Part shown: positions 60,775 through 64,000 of the stretch, one piece after another
Layout: the number at the start of each line of letters is the position of its first letter
Numbering within the stretch: position 1 is the stretch's first letter
IMG/VR virus record: IMGVR_UViG_3300000216_000003
Location: 42,481-106,480 of that record
Direction: 5' to 3' (one strand)
Origin: a virus
DNA length: 64,000 nt
Position numbers and translations under genes: made by a program
The notes under the pieces: generated by a model
Database searches by the model: none
Told to the model about the DNA's origin: nothing
What the model saw: only the letters and a program-made list of their open reading frames with translations

Positions 60775-61055
60775 CTTTTTTTGAATTCTTTGATACTTGT
60801 AAGTATATATTAAATAATATGGATTTAGATGATAATATAGAAATAACACTAAATAAATATCACTCATTTCATTTAAATCCATTATTCGCTCATAGTAATA
60901 CTGGCCCACTCCCATATATTAAACATTTTAATATAGAAACAGAAGAATATCGTATTATGACTGAATGGTCTACAAAAAATATGCATCAATATATTGGAAA
61001 AGATAATAAAAAATTCGATATAGAACTTCTGAGACATAAATTGAGAATAAAATGA
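60771..61055 (+). CDS. Paralog of the 59844/60140 family
   Basis: EFFDTCKYI...ITL..., tail ELLRHKLRIK. Confidence 0.7.
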   Translation: MTFFEFFDTCKYILNNMDLDDNIEITLNKYHSFHLNPLFAHSNTGPLPYIKHFNIETEEYRIMTEWSTKNMHQYIGKDNKKFDIELLRHKLRIK

Positions 61056-61624
61056 AAATCAAAAAAGAACATTTAGTAAATATTTGGTATGAAAATGAAG
61101 ATGGAGAGAAATGGTTTCAAGACCCAGAAGAGCAAGGATTACCTGATCCGCCTAGAGGATTTTGTTATCAGTTTTCTAGATTTTCTAATATATTAAGAGA
61201 ATCTTCATTGTATATAGTTCCTAATGAAAAAGTACGTGACTGTATGCATCCTAAAAAAGAAATCAGACCAACTGGTGGATGGGTTGAAGGTTCTGTAGGA
61301 AGAGAATGTAAATTATGTGGTGGAACACAAGTAAAAGAATGGCAAGAAGAATGGGAAAGTGAATGGGATTCCGGATCTTGTCATCCCCATATAGGATTCG
61401 AATCCTCTTGGTCTTCTGATGCTGTGTTGGCAATAGCTAATAGTGGTGATTATTCATTGGGGGATGCAATCATAATATATGCAACTTCTTGTGAACGATG
61501 TATGAATGTTTTATGTCATACTTATAAAGTACCTTCATATAAAGATAAAAATGTAATTGATGGTTATGCTGAAGGTTCTGAAGAATGGTTAAAATGTGGC
61601 ACTAGTTGTAGGTTTTGTGAGTAA
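61052..61624 (+). CDS. Cys/Trp-rich hypothetical protein
   Basis: CKLC, CERC, CRFC. Confidence 0.7.
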   Translation: MKIKKEHLVNIWYENEDGEKWFQDPEEQGLPDPPRGFCYQFSRFSNILRESSLYIVPNEKVRDCMHPKKEIRPTGGWVEGSVGRECKLCGGTQVKEWQEEWESEWDSGSCHPHIGFESSWSSDAVLAIANSGDYSLGDAIIIYATSCERCMNVLCHTYKVPSYKDKNVIDGYAEGSEEWLKCGTSCRFCE

Positions 61625-61737
61625 ATAATGTTAACGGCGGGATTACTAATATGAGTCAGAAACAATTTTTTCAAAGTTTTGATATAGATATAAATAAGTA
61701 TCAAAAACGTCTGTTAATTAACTCAGAGGAGAGTAAG

Positions 61738-61860
61738 ATGGAATCAAAAGATATGTGTGACTGTGAAGAAACATGTGCAACTTGTCTTTGCCAAGAAAAA
61801 CCTAAGCCGGAAAATCCGGTAAAGTATGAAATGGATGGTATTGATACTATTTGTTTCTAA
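61738..61860 (+). CDS. 40-aa Cys-rich (metallothionein-like) peptide
   Basis: GAGGAG SD after promoter variant 61683; CDCEETCATCLC. Confidence 0.55.
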   Translation: MESKDMCDCEETCATCLCQEKPKPENPVKYEMDGIDTICF

Positions 61861-61873
61861 ACTAGTCTTAATT

Positions 61874-62231
61874 GGGGGTGTACTGGTTTCGACAGGGTAG
61901 TGAACGATGATTAGGCGACTCGGTATAGTGCTACCGTAACAGGCTAAAACTTTAGGTGCCAATGATGAATTCTACGCACCTGTTGCTCTCGCTGCTTAAA
62001 CAGTAAAGAGTAAACGGCGCCCGTCCGGGCGTGGCAACAGAAGGTCGTAAGACCAAATACAAGCTGGATAATAGCCGCCAGTTAATCAAAAGGGCATCGT
62101 GCATCATGACGGTACATGAGTCGAAGAGGATTGCTAGGTTCTTTAGACTATAATACTAGCAAAATAGTCGTATATCCTGATTAATTAAATAGTTATTCTG
62201 GACGCGGGTTCGATTCCCGCCACCTCCACCA
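61874..62231 (+). ncRNA. ssrA: tmRNA (one-piece); tag ANDEFYAPVALAA at 61958-61999
   Basis: GGGGGTG/CACCTCC stem with G3.U, ACCA end, GGTTTCGAC, GACGCGGGTTCGATTCCCGC T-arm, tag ending LAA. Confidence 0.96.
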
Positions 62232-62394
62232 AACAACCTTAAAGAGTAAGTAACATTACTCTTTTATTTGACATTATAAAGAGGTTAATAATGTTACAGT
62301 CAATTTTAATCATATCTTTATTTATTATTATAGTTGTGATTATTATATATTCTAACAATTTAAAATATTAATTATGTAAACCAAAGGTTACTTA

Positions 62395-63051
62395 ATGTTA
62401 AAAACAACGAAGTATTTAGATATAACAGATCATGAAATTGTAGCTAAGAAAAAATGCACCGTCTCTATCAATTTAAAAGAATATGATAAAGAAACGATAC
62501 TTAATACTAATAAATTTATCAATTTGCCAGGTATTATAGACATTTATTTTCCAGATGAAGATGACGTTATTCATATTATTTTAAATTATGATGTTAATCT
62601 AATGAAATCAAAAAATGTAATTGATGAAAAAGATGATATTCATATTAATTATGAAGAAGGTGATATTATCATTCATCAAGAATTTGCAGAGTCTGGATTA
62701 GATATGCGAGTATTGATTAAGTTATTACAGGGTCGTATTAAATACATTAAAGACCCATCAACCCTTCTTCAAATGCTTCAGCAAATGCTTCCTGGTAGTG
62801 ATTTAGTTCATTTGGAATTAATCATATCGAATATGATGAGAACTGATGATGGTAAAGTCTGCCGAGAGAAAGGGAATTATAAAAACTGTAATGTATTAGG
62901 GCAGACTAATATCGCACTAGAAGATTCTTGGCTTTCTGGTATATCATACAGGAATATCGACACTTCTATTTCAAAGGCTTTAGTATCTGAAAAGAATATT
63001 AAAAATAATCCTATTGAAAAAGTGTTAAATGAAGAATTCAGTAAATTATAA
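62395..63051 (+). CDS. rpoC: Second RNA polymerase beta'-like subunit, C-terminal part
   Basis: HLELIISNMMR (cf. HIEVIVRQM), DSWLSGISY (cf. SFISAASF), PIEKVL. Confidence 0.7.
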   Translation: MLKTTKYLDITDHEIVAKKKCTVSINLKEYDKETILNTNKFINLPGIIDIYFPDEDDVIHIILNYDVNLMKSKNVIDEKDDIHINYEEGDIIIHQEFAESGLDMRVLIKLLQGRIKYIKDPSTLLQMLQQMLPGSDLVHLELIISNMMRTDDGKVCREKGNYKNCNVLGQTNIALEDSWLSGISYRNIDTSISKALVSEKNIKNNPIEKVLNEEFSKL

Positions 63052-63062
63052 TCACCAAATTA

Positions 63063-63584
63063 TTGGGAGCAGCAATGTCAGCAGCAACAAAATCAAAAGC
63101 AAAAGGAGGTAAATTTGAAAGAGAAATAGCTAAATCCTTATCTATTTGGCTTTTTAATGATCCTCATATATTGAAGCGAGAGCCAACAAGTGGCGCTCAA
63201 AAAGTTCAGCATTATGTCGGAGATGTAGTTCCAGTCGCTCCTATTAGATGGAGTTCATTTCCGTTTTTAATTGAAGGAAAGAATGGATATAAAGACAACA
63301 TTCCAACCTTTAATAATCAAAAGATGTTACGACAATGGCTTACGAAGTTATTATCAGAACGGACAGAACAGCAATGTATTTGTTGGTTAATAGTAAGATA
63401 CCATGGAAGAGCTCCTTTAATAATTACAGATACTCCTTTTAATTTCTATAGTCCTTTAACTATTAATATTCAAGATAGTGGAAATACTATTCCTTTTCAC
63501 GTCTATGAAATGCGAGATTTATTAAAATATAATTTTTATGAATTATACAAAGATAACTATTTACTCATGGAAATATTTGAGTAA
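63063..63584 (+). CDS. Holliday junction resolvase, Hjc-like PD-(D/E)xK
   Basis: SKAKGGKFEREIA, GD, IEGK. Confidence 0.8.
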   Translation: MGAAMSAATKSKAKGGKFEREIAKSLSIWLFNDPHILKREPTSGAQKVQHYVGDVVPVAPIRWSSFPFLIEGKNGYKDNIPTFNNQKMLRQWLTKLLSERTEQQCICWLIVRYHGRAPLIITDTPFNFYSPLTINIQDSGNTIPFHVYEMRDLLKYNFYELYKDNYLLMEIFE

Positions 63585-63609
63585 ATTTCCAATATAAAGA
63601 TATTATAAT

Positions 63610-63954
63610 ATGAGACGAAGAAGAAATAAGAGAAGTAGGAAAATACCATTCAATGGTGAAATCTTCCATTCTAAATTTGAAATAGGAGTATTTCAAGTAC
63701 TATTAGAATATTTTGATAGATCTAATTTTTCACGTCAGAAAAAGTATCATTCTGATGGAAGAAAACATACCTGTGATTTTTATTTCGAAGAATATAAAGC
63801 ATGGGTAGAGTGTTCCTCATATACAAGTAAACATTATTTAAAGAAAATAGATACTAAACGAAAATGGGTAGAAGATAAAGGAGAGAATTTCTGGTTTATC
63901 GATAATATAACTTCCCTACGGAAACATCTATCTACATTCTTTGAAGACAAATAA
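63610..63954 (+). CDS. Small PD-(D/E)xK-type endonuclease
   Basis: F.SKFE, RQ..Y, CDFYF....WVE. Confidence 0.65.
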   Translation: MRRRRNKRSRKIPFNGEIFHSKFEIGVFQVLLEYFDRSNFSRQKKYHSDGRKHTCDFYFEEYKAWVECSSYTSKHYLKKIDTKRKWVEDKGENFWFIDNITSLRKHLSTFFEDK

Positions 63955-64000
63955 AAAATTGGGTGAGATAAATTAATATCCCACCCAACCACTCAAACTA

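Noticed and set aside
61744-61962. Minus-strand 72-aa ORF
   Set aside because: Antisense to the tmRNA 5' end
1-64000. Stop-codon reassignment (TAG) as in some large phages
   Set aside because: Core genes are intact in code 11, and TAG ends genes such as clpS and the helicase just before the next start

Overview
A very AT-rich, densely coding 64-kb segment that looks like a jumbo myophage genome (standard code 11). Genes run mostly on the minus strand up to about 13.3 kb and on the plus strand from 14.1 kb. Transcription genes: two multisubunit RNA polymerase beta' sets (one intact, 1017 aa, NADFDGD; one split in three, 425+366+218 aa, GGDCDGD) and a beta split in two around a GIY-YIG endonuclease. 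Replication and nucleotide genes: class II ribonucleotide reductase nrdJa/nrdJb, with a LAGLIDADG-encoding group I intron inside the catalytic NPCG^E motif, plus NAD+ ligase, dUTPase, 5'-3' exonuclease, SF2 helicase, Hjc-like resolvase and a Whirly-like SSB candidate. Other genes: T4 gp13-like neck protein, TGT/DpdA-like transglycosylase, ClpS, KhpA, a CAU tRNA and a tmRNA. A 12-nt motif, TATAGATAT(A/T)AT, occurs at 20 intergenic sites co-oriented with downstream genes. Three copies precede structured units with no convincing ORF (candidate novel small RNAs). The least explained feature is several tandem arrays of small genes (about 40 in all) with variable bodies and conserved 3' ends encoding an amphipathic C-terminal helix. 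DNA-level traces (identical 3' blocks, an orphan in-frame tail behind a foreign gene, a tail-only mini-ORF) suggest this tail is shuffled as a module. All protein calls come from motif recognition by eye, not database searches.
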